The translations under genes and the position numbers were made by a program. From Schizosaccharomyces osmophilus (lineage: Eukaryota): a stretch of DNA of 64,000 bases. Under the pieces are notes generated by a model. The model saw only the letters and a program-made list of their open reading frames with translations. It was not told the origin of the DNA and searched no databases. This document shows, in pieces, positions 21,794 to 35,396 of this stretch (within the stretch, counting starts at the first letter, position 1; each line of letters begins with the position of its first letter). Location: positions 2,418,001-2,482,000 of the forward strand of contig NC_079239.1 in the NCBI RefSeq assembly GCF_027921745.1, written 5' to 3'.

Positions 21794-22269
21794 TGAAAGG
21801 TTCTATGTAAGCTGCAATGCTGAAATTATTATTTCTAGGGTATATGCAGTGTTTGGGTGGAATGCTACAAAACTCCTTTTCCTCTGCGTCGTACATGCAT
21901 TCAAAGAACATGCCGTTTACCAATGTACGGTGGTTTTTCTTATTTCCTTTTAAGGTAGAAATAACTATCGCCTATTTTCGTATTAGAAATATAGTGCAAC
22001 AGGCCGTATACAAAAGTCAACAAAACAAGAAAAATAAAAGAGAACGATAAGAAAAGAGAAGAAAAAATAAAATTATAAAAACTAGTTTGCACTATCCAAT
22101 TCATGATGAAACAAATTAGAAACAGATGAAACGGCAAGTTTGATAAATCAAAGTATGCAGTTGATAATTGTATGGTTTTAGAAGAGAAAACAATAATCAT
22201 TATTTCTATATAAAAGATTTTGACTATATACAAAAACCTCCAAGCAACATTTTGAAAGCTTCTACATTT

Positions 22270-25200
22270 TTAAGCTATCGTTTGTGGACGCTTCGTAGAA
22301 GCTACAGAATGCGAAGATGGTAGGGATAGTGAAAATCTGGAACGTCCGTAAGAAACATTTGGAGAATCATCTCTTACAGAAGTAGATAAAGAAGGCGGTG
22401 CTGTTGAAACTTCGACCGTAGAAGCCTGATCTTCCATGTGTAGACCTTCTTCTCTTTTAATTTTCCATTTCAGCATGTCAACCTCCCTAGGAAAAAATAA
22501 CTTTTGTGCTAAAATAGTGGACAAACGAGGAAATAAAGATACCACAATTGTTAGTAAATTCACTACCCAGAACGCCAATGTTCTACCCACTCGAAAAGTT
22601 GATTTATGAAACGCATTCGAATCCAAGCTTTCCGAATAAACTCCAGTCCAAAACCAAAATACGATTAAACTGAACAACCATGTACCCACAGAAACAAGAT
22701 CTAAGCTCTCTTGATTTATGAGGATATACGTGTTGATGACAAATATCGCTGGTGACGATATGAACAAGCCAATGTCTTCAATTGACTCGGTCTGATGGCC
22801 AGTAGGACTTACAAAATTGCCAGCATAAAAAACAAAAAGGGCCACACCGAAGCAGACCATTGATTGATAAATCCCATCCAAAACGGACAGCCTATAAATT
22901 GTTAGTATACTCCATATTTTTATCAAGAGCGACTTACCAAAATCTCCTTTTACTCCATTCTTGTCGCAAAATACCCGACTTGTATAAGTGAGGATACTTG
23001 AGAGACGCTTCAGCATCCACGTCTTTATCAAAGCAACCACTTACAATAACGGGAACAGAAGTGAAAAGCAAGTTGAATAACATCACGTAAGTATAATCGA
23101 AGATATAATTACCATCGAACTCATTGAAGAGTTGATACCAAAATAAAGTAAAAGTCCATATGACATTCTTATAAAAAAAGTTTGAAATCAACTGGGAAGT
23201 CCTTTTGTAATTCCAGCGCCCGTGTACCAAAAGTAAGCGAGATAAAAATCGAAATTGGCCCACAGCATAGTCTGAAGCCATTGCTGCTGCTTGACCCTCG
23301 AGACCAGCTATTCCTACTCCGATATCTGCTTGCTGAATCATCGACACATCGTTGGCACCATCACCAATAGCAAGTGTGGTGACATCTAGCGATCGTTTAA
23401 CTAAAGATACGACAGCTGCTTTTTGTGAAGGGCTGACCCTACAGCATAAAACAGTCCTACAATTCTTGCACAACATCACAAATTGATAAGCAAACTCACT
23501 CTCAAGCACCATGCTCAAAACGCTTCCGTCTATAACAACGGCATACTTAGTTGAAGGAGGGTCATGATTCTGCATCATGATTTTGAACTCCTCTTCGCTT
23601 CCTTCCAACCCAAAGTGCGTAGATAAATTCTTCAGGATGTAATCCTTGATCTGTTCTGGTTCAGAAAAACTGGAATTTATATGGATAATTGACATGCCGC
23701 TTTCCAACAGGTTGCAAGAATACCCAATGTTAGTAGCGGTTTCGACTTTGTCACCAGTCAATACCCATAACTTAATTCCTGCTCTTGAAAGCAAATCTAT
23801 CGTTTCAGGCACGCCGTCTTGAAGTTTGTCTTCAATTGCAGTTCCTCCCAGTAAAGATAATTCCTTTTCAACCAAATTTGAGACTTGATCGATTTTTTCA
23901 TTTCGATCATGTAAGGCTAAACTAGCCTCATTAAATTTAACTTTCCACTCCAGGTATTCGTTCTTCTCCAATTTTCTTTCAGCAATACACAGCGTCCGAA
24001 ATCCTTCTGCAGCAAAGAGGGAGAGATCCTGCGCTGTTTTCTCGATTAATTCGTTTGAATTATTTTCTGCCAACCTGTTTAGTATCACACTATCTGCTCC
24101 TTTGCAATATAGATATATTTGCTTATCTTTGTCCTGGATAATAATACTCATGCGTCTCCTTGCTGATGTGAATGGAATGATATCTAAAACTTGGAATCGC
24201 TCGCGCTTTCCAAGTATTTCAACAATATAACGCTTGTTTTTCGTACTTTTAAGTATAAACCCAAGATTGCAAGCAGCTTTTACTAATGCTTCTTCGTCTG
24301 GGGATTGAGAATTATATACCAAAGAGTCACCATGTCCGTCTGTAACAACAGAGTGACAGAGAGCCAATACGGTAAAAAACTTTCTGCAGTATGTTGACTG
24401 CTCAGTTGGCGACTGTAATTCCCTAACAAGCGTACTTGAGACAAAGGTAGAAGTCTCCGGGCTTCCGTATTTGCTCAACTTAATCATTTCATCTCTATCC
24501 TCTTCAATCTCATTTAGCCGTTGTTTGGCATTACTACGACCAACAGCTCTATCAAAACCGCGTGTGGCATCAGTATAAGCTTCTCCATACACTTTACCGT
24601 TTATAGTAGTCCGTTTAAAATACATAACGTTTTGAGTCAGGGTTCCAGTTTTGTCAGAAAAGACATACTCAATTTGGCCCAGATCATCTGAAATGTTCCA
24701 AGACTTCGGTGAGCAAGGATAATCAAGCTTTTCGTCGTACATTTCAATATCACTGTAAATAAAAAAGGATTGCATCGTACGAACTATGTCGATTGTGATG
24801 TATAACGAGATGGGCACCAAGTTTTGAAAAAGGATCAAGCAGGTGAAAATGCTTACAATACCCTGAACAGGTACCGAAGCGGTCGCTTTTGATAATTCAT
24901 AAAACTCGTAAACCTTTGCAGAATTTTGGCGAGCTGAAAATACCATCCTTAAAAGACCAGAGATGATACACATCAGAAAAAGAAGTACAAAATTTAAAGC
25001 GATCTAGAAGATTAGTATAAATGAAGCTTTAATTTGCACGTACAGTCCAATTGAGTTCCCTTGTAATCCGGCTTCGTTTTGAAGGAGTAACACCTCGATT
25101 CATTTGAATCCGTGTTTCAGGGCCTGTATATAAAGCTAGGCCTATAATCCACTTCGAGTTTCGAAGGGTACAACCGCAAAGAGCTATATTGGACATGTTA

Positions 25201-26568
25201 AAAGGTTCTTGTTTTATAGCAGAAGTATTTTCTGTAGTTTGACTTATGTTATCGGGAACTTGAGCTTTTAAGACGCCAATCAAGTTATACAAGTCTGAAT
25301 GTGGTTCTTCGGAATGAATCCAGAAAGACGCAGAGGAGCACTCTAGCTCGGATCGGCATTCTTTAGTGGAATGAAGAGAATACTTGTCCTTAAGATTTGT
25401 TTCCCCATCGAGATTTTTTGTCTCGACATAGCAAACACCTTCTTTGTTTTCCGTTGATAGTATCAAAAGGTCGGCAGGAATTGCTTCATTGGCACGAACA
25501 CGAACGATATCACCCACTTGAATTTTCTTTCGATAGACGGGTTCAAAATGAGCTTCGGAAGATTGAGGAGGTCCTTTGGTGACTACGGAAAAATTTTGAA
25601 AGAGTGATGCGTTTCCCATGCCTAAAGCCTCGATGCCCTCTCGGGCGCTCATGAGAGAGAAATTAGACGAATAAGAATCGCGGCTGTTTCTTTCAGAATA
25701 CAATACTGAAGGGGCATAAGGTGGAAACTGGGAAGCGTTTTTGAATGATTTTATATTGTAGCGAACAGTGTGCGAAACCAATTTTTTAATGCGTCTCCAA
25801 ATCCCGATATGCTCCATTGAGCAATTAACATTTCTCCATCCAACTAGCTTAAACGTGATAGTATGGTTGAATTTTTTGTCGAGAATAGACCTTCTGTAGT
25901 CCTCGAAACCATCTTTGATGCCTGTACTCAAGAGAATTATAGATAACGGAATGAAGGGTAAAGCAGAATGTCTTGCAGCAAATGCAGGAATTAACTATAT
26001 GTTGAAAATCAGTTAGTAAACAGAAAAAAAGAGAAACGTTCGGAAATTCACGTACCTGGAGGAGAATGAGAAATAGAAAAAAAACGTTTGCAACATTTCT
26101 GAACTGATTGTAAAGATTCTTTGGAACAAAATTCAAAGGAGTGTACATGCTTGTCCGTATTTTGTTGCTAGGAAACGTCTGCTTTGAAAGATTTACATGC
26201 TCATCAGGCGTATGATTCACGTAAATACGACGAGATGGCGCTTCATCTGGTAAATTAAGCTGTCCAGAGATCGAAGTCTCCTTGGTATTCGCACAGGATG
26301 CAAGGCGGGAATTCGGGGGGCGATCATTTGAGCCCGACCTTTTCCTATTTGAAAGATGAGAAACAGAAGTTGCAGATTCATCTTCAACTGGAAAAGCAGA
26401 ATCATGAGAGCTTCCTTTAGAAGCTTCAACAAAATCTGATTTTTCTGAATATGATTCAGAAATAGCTTGGGAAGATGAAGGATTTGACTGGGAACCTGTT
26501 ATAGGGAAATCTTGATCAACTAAACTACGTGAGCGATGAATAGTAGAGTTTCCCTTAGAGTCAGTCAT
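22270..26568 (-). CDS. dnf2: P4-type ATPase phospholipid flippase, 3 introns
   Basis: DGETN, QNLVPISLY, DKTGT, TGDK, GDGANDVSMIQ motifs spread over spliced ORFs; the paralog name rests on synteny. Confidence 0.88.
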
Positions 26569-26963
26569 TCACAATTCTGCTTTCACTCCTTGCGATCCCC
26601 TTGCGAAACAAGTGGCAGAGGTGAAAGACCTATCTTGTTTTCATATATGTAAACAAACAATGCAGGTTCAGCAAACTCAGTGCCACATTTGCGCTTCACC
26701 GCTGAGTACAAATAAAAACAAACAACCCACGTAAATATGACTTATAAAATTTCATCGGTAAATAAAATTAAATTGTTTTAGACCTCGTTCAACTGAAGTA
26801 TATGACAAGTCGTGAATTCATGATGCAGCATTGATGTAATACGGATTCGTGAATATATAAGAGATGGTTATAAATGCATAAAACATTGAACCATTCTTTC
26901 ATCAAGTAGCAGAAAAGAAACGCTAGCATCCCCCTTGTACAAACATCTATAACACCTACAAAA

Positions 26964-27353
26964 ATGGCATTTCGAGCAACAAGATTCGCATGGTCTTGGA
27001 CTGCAACGGCACCTAGAAATACAACGATCCGTCAATATATCAAGGAAACGTTAGAGCAAAGTCCTGAAAAGCTTGAAAAATTGAAAAAAATGTTGGGCAA
27101 GAAGGGTGAAGAAGTCTCGCAAGAAGCAGAAAAAGCAAGTGAAAAGCCCGCCGAAGAATTAAAGAAGGAAGCTGCAGAAAACGTTAAGGAGACAGCTCAG
27201 GATGTAAAAAACACAAACTATGAAGAAAAGGCCAAGAGCGCTACGAAAAAATTGAAAGAAGAGTTTGAAGAAAGAAGCTCAGATGTCTTAGGCGATGCTC
27301 GACGAGATGGAATGATAAAAGAAAAGGGCAAAAAGGGAATTAAAAAGGAATAA
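26964..27353 (+). CDS. Small hydrophilic, LEA-like charged protein (ortholog of S. pombe SPAC4F10.17)
   Basis: 129-aa ORF with good start context (AAAAATGG); E/K/A-rich helical body; upstream TATA and CRE-like motifs; syntenic. Confidence 0.75.
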   Translation: MAFRATRFAWSWTATAPRNTTIRQYIKETLEQSPEKLEKLKKMLGKKGEEVSQEAEKASEKPAEELKKEAAENVKETAQDVKNTNYEEKAKSATKKLKEEFEERSSDVLGDARRDGMIKEKGKKGIKKE

Positions 27354-28310
27354 AAGGATATGATGTGAATCCTGTTCTAACGATTCTCTTGTTGATTATG
27401 AACGATACATGAAAAAAAATTGTTCTGCTTTGCATCAATTGAGTTGACATCAGCTATGAGACACAAAAAATAGTAGAGCAAATGTAATTGCTAAACTCTT
27501 CGGATCTGTAAGAAGAAAGATTTAGCCGGTTGGATGTGGCAGCGAAGGTTTTGCAGCTCATTTTTACGCTTGCTTCAGCGTTACACCTGGATTTCAACTC
27601 AAATGTCGTAGATCCACACTTTTAAGTTCATTTCCTTTAGTTGGCTTTGTGTATATCATCACATATTTACAAGACACAACACACAGCTTTCTGACTTTTC
27701 CCACCTAACTGTTTATTAACGATAGTCACCGTACCTTGTGACTGCGATTTTCAATAGAATTACTATATAAGAGTTAATTTTACTTGGTAAAAACCACATT
27801 CGTATATCCACACTATTCACAAGCCAGTCTCACTGCTCTATGTAACTGGCTTGGGGAACGTGCTGGAAAGAAAAAAAACCGCTGTGGTACTTCATACGGG
27901 ACGGAAAAGCTTTCCTTTCGGTCCGTAATAAATCGGTGGGATAATATCTTAGATAATTTCTCTTAGTTTAGCTGATTAAATGGATGATTGTTTTATAAAA
28001 CATATTTGACTTGTAGTTTTTCGATGTATTGGGATGTGTGCGCGTATATTTACAGAGAGTTGTGCAGAATTAACAATGAGTGGTTAAACTTATGATTAAT
28101 TATTGTAAGAAGAGAAGTAGGAAATTACAAAATACATGATAAGAGTAATTTAGTTCAGCGTTCGGATTTCTGTCTTTGTAATTCTTGGTTCATTATTCTT
28201 CGCACTTCCTTTTTTATTATTTTGGAGTTCGAAATTATCAAAGTCCATTTGAAAACTTTGAGAGCGCTTTCCTTTCCCAACGTTTGTCCTTGTTGTCTTT
28301 CGTTTATAGA

Positions 28311-29719
28311 ATGGCCTCTTCATCAAACTCTTTAGAGTATGTCAACATTTCTATGGATTCATGTGTATTGACATCTTCTTTTTAGGTTGACTTTGGAAAA
28401 CCGTCCATCTACTGCAACTTGGTGTCCTGCTTCTTCCAGTTGTTCCAACCTGCTAGCTATAGGTGAGTACTTGGATAGAATAGCTAAAGTTTTGGTTTAG
28501 AATATTGTATTCTAGTTGCTTTTTTTTTTATTGCTTATCGATTAATTCTCGCTTCATAGCGTTTCTATTTTGTTTCCCTTATAACGAGACTAACATTTTT
28601 CAAGGACATGATACTGGTATAACGGTTTATAAGGCCACGGAATTAGCAAATGGGGATCTCTCGACGAAAGATCTGGTCAAACTTTATACTATACATATAG
28701 GCTTGCCTGTTCTTCAATTGGCATTTTCCGGCAATTGCATATGTTCAGAAAATGAATTAGAAGTAAAGCCGCACCAGGATACTAAGATGGAAGAGCTATC
28801 GGAAAACAGTAAACCAAACGAGTACACTTTATGTTTTGCATGTGCATGCCAGGATAACACAGTTCGCTTGATAGTTGCTCGTAATGACTCGATAATAACA
28901 CAACATGTTTTGGGAGGAAAATCTGGGCATCACAGCTTCGTAAATGCCATTGACATCGTCGATGTATATTCTGCAGACAATAAACTTGCAGAGCAAGTGA
29001 TTGCATCGGTTGGTGATGACAACACTTTAATTATCTGGAGACTTACAGACAATGGCCCTGTTCTGGCCGGATACCCTCTTTCTTCTCCTGGTACTAGCGT
29101 TGAATTTCACCCGGTGAATCCTAATCATTTGCTCGTTGGTGAAAAATCTGGAAATATACGAGTTTTTGATTGGACGAACCCTCCTAATAACACTGACGGA
29201 ACAATGGACCAAGATGTTTCAGATCACCTCACATCAACTACACCATGGCTATATACTTTAAATGTCTCACTAGTTGTCCATAGCTATAGAAATGCTACAC
29301 TAGCGTCAACTTTAGCAAACGCCCATTGGGTCGGTTCCGGTGGCACGAGTATCTTAGTTGTATGTAAAAGTGGTGCTTGGCTACGCTGGGATTTGTTTGC
29401 CAAAGCACAAGGAAATTATGACATGGAAGAGGATGAAGGATATCCCCAACCCCGAACACTTCTACCTGATCACCAAGGTGCTTCTCTGTTTCCAACAATT
29501 TGCGGAGCTTGTCCTCATCCACGATACCTGGACTACTTTTTGACTGCCAGTTCTCAATGCCCAGGAACGATTCAGCTAATTAACGTTGCAGAGAAAGGCT
29601 CAAATTCGAATCCTTTACAGTTAGATGGCTTAATCGTGGATATGGATTGGCATAAAAGTGGTAAGTATGTCGCCGTGATTACAGACTCCTCTCTATATAT
29701 TACAAAAGTAATGGGTTAA
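28311..29719 (+). CDS. nup37: Nucleoporin Nup37 (WD40), two 5' introns
   Basis: MASSSNSLE|GTATGT first exon, second exon ...SNLLAI|GTGAGT, main exon with GHHSFVNAID, IASVGDDNTLIIW; syntenic. Confidence 0.87.
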
Positions 29720-29886
29720 AGATAGATGAATAAAGAAAAAGTTATTACGAACGAATTTTAGAAATTCATAATATACTATTATACAATTCCATCTTGTTTT
29801 CCCTTGTAAATGTACAATCTATCAATTTTCATGCCCGTAAAGACTAGCCAAACAGCCCCTTTTTTTGCATAACTTTCAAGGGAATA

Positions 29887-30453
29887 CTAGCCAAGATTTT
29901 CTTCCTGATGGTAGTATTTGTCGAGAATATAAGAAGCAAGTTGTTCAAAGTCTGGATTATGAAGTCGGTTTTGTTGGATAGCGTCCAATGTCCGTAAAGG
30001 GACAGGACCTGTTTCTGTTTTGTGAAGTTCAACAAGTCTCTTCATCGAGGCCATTATTTCTGGATTCGATTGAAGCATTTCATGTACGTTGGGATCGTCT
30101 ACAGCTTGGCTGATTTGGGATTTGGTTGGAAGAGCTTCTTCCGCGATGGTGGGATACTTGCCATTCACAAATAGAACATTAGGAGATGGCTTTGGAGGAA
30201 CAATGCCTTGTTGTTTCTTTTCCTCTTCAAGGGTATCGCGATTGTTGTTGGAAGTAGCTGAACATTGTTGCTGATGTTGCTTATAGCAAGCAAGTGAACA
30301 ACTGATGAAGGCTTGTTAGTGATCTGAACCCAAAAGTAAAAAGGGAAAGAATCGCACCATGTCGATCTACGTTACTTACTAAGGAGCAGAGCATTTTGGG
30401 CATTTGTACTTTGCAGAACCTTCCACGCAAACGACACAACCTTGCTTATTCAT
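29887..30453 (-). CDS. hit1: zf-HIT snoRNP assembly factor Hit1, one intron
   Basis: MNKQGCVVCVEGSAKYKCPKCSAPY/CSLACYKQHQ zf-HIT finger split by a GTAAGT...CTAAC...CAG intron. Confidence 0.88.
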
Positions 30454-31105
30454 TGTAAGCTTTTTCTTTTTTTTGAATTAGATAATCAAAGAAAGAAGGG
30501 AAAATGATAATGGAATTGCCTTTTTTACGAGAAAATGTTGTACCGGGAGATAATCCAAATACTGTTTGATCCCTTCAAAGACGGAAAAAGCTGAAACGAT
30601 ATTGAAATAAATAGGAAGATGACAATAATAGGAGGTGAAAATTGCAGGAAGCCTAGTAGGTATGTTTTTCAAAGATTCAGTAAGAAATATAATACCACAT
30701 TGTACCCTATAAGATAATGATATTATACATATAGATTGTCTTTTATATGCACAAGAAAACAAAAGCAGGCTTCCTTGAGCGTGGAAGACGACAGTATTCT
30801 ACAACCTCTATTTTTTTCTTTCATATTTAGTGCTTTGGTTCATAAATTGTGCAAATAGGCGCATCATCCAAGTTGGTAGTTAGCAATATTTACAAAAATC
30901 TGTACAAATGAAATCATCTTGGACTATTTCCTATTAACGGAAACTCATATTTTCCTTCTTATTCAACGCCTCTATAAGATGAAAGCTCCCTTACTGAAGA
31001 ATGAAATTCATGTGCACTCATTTTTTTTTTTTTTTTTTTTTTTTATAAATCTATGTAAACAAACAAACCTTTGGATGTCTCGAGTTTTCTCTCAAGTAAC
31101 ATTTC

Positions 31106-31114
31106 ATGACGTAA
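31106..31114 (+). promoter_or_regulatory. CRE/M26-type Atf1-Pcr1 site upstream of grx1
   Basis: ATGACGTAA about 65 nt upstream of the grx1 ATG, followed by TATATAT; GTAAACAAACA forkhead site at about 31055. Confidence 0.6.
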
Positions 31115-31178
31115 GCAGCACAATATATATTTAATAGAAGCCAGCTTGCATTTCCCGTCACCACATATCTTGTATAAA

Positions 31179-31855
31179 ATGTCTGTTGAACAATTTGTAT
31201 GTTTGTAATCAATAAGTTTTATAGGTTTTTCTGGCTCATGTACTCACACCTTCTATAGGTTGATACTACCATCGCTAACAACGACGTCGTCGTCTTTGCC
31301 AAGACCTACTGGTAAGTATCTAATATTTTTGGTTTCTTTCAAACTGGGTTTCGCTTTCTACTTTTGTTTTTTCTCTTTTCTCATAACGAGATTATCCAGC
31401 GTGAAACGGTTCCCATCTTGCGGAAAAGCGACACATCGCGATTTTCAAAGGCTAGTTACTCACACGCTTCTATAGTCCTTACTGCCATGCCACCGAAAAG
31501 GTGATCGCTGATGAGAAGATCAAGGCTAAAGTTATTCAATTAGATATTTTGGGTACGGTTAACAATTTGCAGCGATTGTTTAGAGACTTTTACTAACGTT
31601 TGCTTTAGATAATGGCGATGAGATTCAAGGTATGAAGAATTTCTTTGATGAATCGAGTTCTACTCGAGTTTCACCAATCACCACTGTGTAAAACGCCAGT
31701 TACTAACAAACGATTCTATAGCGTACCTTTTGAAGAAGACTGGCCAACGTACTGTTCCCAGCGTCTTTGTCCACCAAAAGCACATTGGTGGTAACTCTGA
31801 TTTTCAAACCTTGTACAAGAAGGGCGGTCTTTCTGACCTTTCTGGAACCGCTTAA
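31179..31855 (+). CDS. grx1: Dithiol glutaredoxin Grx1, 5 exons (absent from the ORF track)
   Basis: Spliced [32 protein letters not shown]...[45 protein letters not shown] and GG motifs. Confidence 0.93.
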
Positions 31856-32309
31856 ATGAGATGTATCTAACGAAATAAATACTTTGTTTTCTTCTGAGCT
31901 GTGTCGTATAGATTATCTAAATATAATTACATTGAGCTGTATATTCTCAAGTAATATAGAAGCGATATTGCATCGACAAGAGGTTTTCATCCCGATAATA
32001 AGATTGCAAGAGTAGTAAGTTGTAAACTAGCCTGAATATTTATTCCATTCAATTATTTTATTTGAAACGAAAAGAATCCCTTTACTGAATGTAAGAGGAA
32101 AATACCGTATATTTTTTTGCTTACTAAATACTTTGAGCAGAATTGCCCACATTCTTAGCCTTTCCATAAATTATTATCAAAGGACGAGTAGGTTCTTGGA
32201 AAGCATAACACTTTTCTTTAAAATAATTTTTTAGATTTTACCGGTATTTTTTGGGGTTTGGTTTTCGGTTTTGAAACGGATTTCGCATAAAAAAAATTTG
32301 ATCTTCACA

Positions 32310-34754
32310 ATGGCACCTATCGCCGATAAAGCAGTTTTATTTGGGTCCCATTTGCAATCTCTTGATAGTTTCAACGATGTTTTAGAGGACACACTCAATA
32401 TTCCCAAATTTTTGTGCCAGTACTGGAATTCAGATGCATTTAGCAAAGATATTTCGAAAGAAGAGTTTGGTGACACAGCCGTACAACTCTTGGAATATTT
32501 TATTCAAACAAATTACACTGGCCCTTTCCTTCCTATTGATCCAGTTCAGTGGCTTCCTGCAACTCTCCGTAACCACGAGAAACTCCATGCATCTGTCTTG
32601 GAAGCTTTAACTGAAGAAGGGGAACGTCCTTATCATCTGACACCCAAACTTTTATTCATATTGCTTGCACAAACTTTGTTTGAATTTGCTCAAAGTTCCA
32701 ACCCTATTCATATCTGGCACCGTATTCGTTTGGACTTTATTCACCAACAGCTACTCAGAAGTCATGTTTCAGTTCTCTTTAATCGAATCACGGAATATGT
32801 GCAATTATTGAATGACTATATTCAAACACAAGACCAAGATACACAAGGTCGTTTTGCAATGGAGCTTGGATTGATTCAATCCTATTACGATCGGGATACT
32901 GCTGCGTTGCAATTATTGAAAGATTCTGGCAATATTATGGGCTTCAATTTTGAACTTACCGGTGCCCCGGGCAGAAGAACTAAATTTCAAACATTTGACA
33001 CCTCGCAATTAGTTGTTTTGGCAAAATCTCGCGATCGTACTTCAGGAACAAAGCCTTCTGAACAATCCAAGTCACAACCTAAAACATTTAATTTGGATGA
33101 TGACACCTTGTTGGAGAGAGTAAGTTTTAAGGAGGATTCAATGAGTTTGGCGGCTCAAGAGAACGTGAACCCTTTACTGGCAACGGAAGACCCAAATCAT
33201 CCGTCGCAATTGCATCCTTTAGATGCTTCTCTTTTACTAGCTTTTTGCCACATTATTAAGAACAACAATCCCGATGATGGTTTAACACGCGAGGAAATGT
33301 CTCCGTACGCTGAGCGAGTGTTAGTCCACCCAATTAACTGGTCAGTTTATACCATGGGCCTCTTAGTCCGTGCTCGACTTGAAGGATTTAAAAGTAGAAC
33401 TGTTGAAAGAAGTGTTTTACAGATGCAAGCTTTGTTTGATCAGCTTAATGATCAACTTAGCTCTGGCGCTTCTGCTGATGGTGCAGACCAACAAAACACT
33501 ACTGGATCATTTTTACCAAAACCAAAAGAAGAAGGTGAAAATGCTTCTTTGCAAGAACGTTTAGCTTATTTCTATAGTCTACGTATGCCTTCTCGTTGGC
33601 AATTGGAAGCTGAACTTGCTGAACGCTTTGTTTCTGTGGGTGCTACTAGGTCTGCATTGGAAATTTTTGAACGCTTACAGATGTGGGACCGTGTTGTCGT
33701 TTGTCAATGCTCACTTGATCGTAGAGATTTAGCTGTACAAGTTATCGAGAGACAGTTAAGTATTGACCCGAAAGAACATTTATTGCGTACTATGCTCGGA
33801 GATATTCAAAATGAACCTAAGCATTATATAGAAGCCTGGGAACTTTCCGGCGAACACTACGCTCCTGCTCAGCGGTCGTTGGGACGCTATTATTTTAAAC
33901 AAGGTGAGATGATGAAAGCTATGAATGCTTTCTACAAATCTCTTCGTATCAATCCTTTGTCGCATCCTACTTGGTTTACCTATGGATGTGCTGCTTTAGG
34001 TGTGAAGAATTATGATGCTGCAATGGAAGCTTTTACACGTTGTCTATCAATTAGTCCAGAAGATGGAGAAAGCTGGAATAATTTAGCAAGCGCAATGTTG
34101 AAGGCAAACAGCCATTCCAAGAAAGAAGCCTGGCATACTATACAACAGGGTCTGAAGTACATGTATGACAGCTGGCGCGTTTGGGAAAATTATATGTTAA
34201 TTTCTGTCGATGTGAATCAGTGGACAGAAGTTATCCGCGCCCTTCGCCGAATTATAGAAATTAAAAGTAAAGCTGCAGGTGAGAAAGCTGTTGATGTTGA
34301 GTGCTTGGATCTAGTTGTTAGTCATGTGATGCAAACTTGTGATGATGATTCAGCCGGTATCGCGAAGATGTTGAACGAATTAATTAGAATCATTATTCCT
34401 CTAATTACGAATGACACTCGACTTTGGAAGACTATAGCTCGTTATAGCCTTTGGAAGAGAAAGTATGCAGAGTCCTTGGATGCTACTATCAAGTCTTATA
34501 GAATTTTGATATCCAGTCCAAATATCACAACGGATGAAGCTACTTGGAACAAAACGGTAGAAGATGCATTAGAGCTGGTAGAGGCATATGAGAATCTCGG
34601 CGAAAAACCTGGAAGAATGGGTGGTGTAGTCGCAAAGGATTGGAAATTTAAATCTCGAAGCGTTTTACGTTCTTTACTGGGCACAGGCAAAGATTCATGG
34701 TCTGAAACAGAATCGTATCAGAAGATCGTAGACACTCTCAAAGAACTTAGGTAA
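32310..34754 (+). CDS. TPR-repeat protein, TTC27/Emw1 family
   Basis: First ATG at 32310; ELTGAPGRRTKFQTFD, RTVERSVLQMQAL, TPRs (AFTRCLSISPEDGESWNNLA, WRVWENY). Confidence 0.88.
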   Translation: MAPIADKAVLFGSHLQSLDSFNDVLEDTLNIPKFLCQYWNSDAFSKDISKEEFGDTAVQLLEYFIQTNYTGPFLPIDPVQWLPATLRNHEKLHASVLEALTEEGERPYHLTPKLLFILLAQTLFEFAQSSNPIHIWHRIRLDFIHQQLLRSHVSVLFNRITEYVQLLNDYIQTQDQDTQGRFAMELGLIQSYYDRDTAALQLLKDSGNIMGFNFELTGAPGRRTKFQTFDTSQLVVLAKSRDRTSGTKPSEQSKSQPKTFNLDDDTLLERVSFKEDSMSLAAQENVNPLLATEDPNHPSQLHPLDASLLLAFCHIIKNNNPDDGLTREEMSPYAERVLVHPINWSVYTMGLLVRARLEGFKSRTVERSVLQMQALFDQLNDQLSSGASADGADQQNTTGSFLPKPKEEGENASLQERLAYFYSLRMPSRWQLEAELAERFVSVGATRSALEIFERLQMWDRVVVCQCSLDRRDLAVQVIERQLSIDPKEHLLRTMLGDIQNEPKHYIEAWELSGEHYAPAQRSLGRYYFKQGEMMKAMNAFYKSLRINPLSHPTWFTYGCAALGVKNYDAAMEAFTRCLSISPEDGESWNNLASAMLKANSHSKKEAWHTIQQGLKYMYDSWRVWENYMLISVDVNQWTEVIRALRRIIEIKSKAAGEKAVDVECLDLVVSHVMQTCDDDSAGIAKMLNELIRIIIPLITNDTRLWKTIARYSLWKRKYAESLDATIKSYRILISSPNITTDEATWNKTVEDALELVEAYENLGEKPGRMGGVVAKDWKFKSRSVLRSLLGTGKDSWSETESYQKIVDTLKELR

Positions 34755-34964
34755 AATATATTTAAGTATAATAATAGCCAACCTTTTTGATTTTATTCAT
34801 AAGCTGTAAGCAACAGCAATAATTTTATCATTAACCTCAAAGCGTTAAAAAAATTCCTGCTAGCAAAGTGACGGTGTTTTAAAGTACTTCATAATTACGC
34901 TTTCATAAAGCAGTACTTTTCTATCCGGACGATATCGACCACACAAGTACACCTTCCATCAATC

Positions 34965-35180
34965 ATGGATGCATCTTGTCAAAAGGAAGCCTGCAATTTA
35001 CAAAATTGCATACAAAGAAATCAGTATAATCAAAGCAAGTGTGAAGAATACATCAACTCTTTATTGAAATGCTGCAACTTGTGGTATTCACAAAATGGAA
35101 GTGAAAGTAAAGAATCACCTAACTCTTGCCCTCAATACTCCATACTGTTACGCCAGATGAAGGATCGACAGCTTCTATGA
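34965..35180 (+). CDS. cmc4: Twin CX9C mitochondrial IMS protein Cmc4
   Basis: CQKEACNLQNCIQRNQYNQSKCEEYINSLLKCC is the Cmc4/MTCP1-type Cys pattern. Confidence 0.85.
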   Translation: MDASCQKEACNLQNCIQRNQYNQSKCEEYINSLLKCCNLWYSQNGSESKESPNSCPQYSILLRQMKDRQLL

Positions 35181-35396
35181 GATTTGTTTAACAATGACTA
35201 TCTATACTGCTACAACTAATAATAATTGCCAAACTCAAAGTTACTAAATTTCGTTTATTGAAAGTATCTAAAAGAAAATAGAAATAATAAGATATAATAA
35301 AATTATAGAGGGAACATATATACCATTGAAACAAACACAGAATGTAAAAAATGTATCAAAACAAAATGAAAAAATGCAAAGGAATAGCAATTACAT

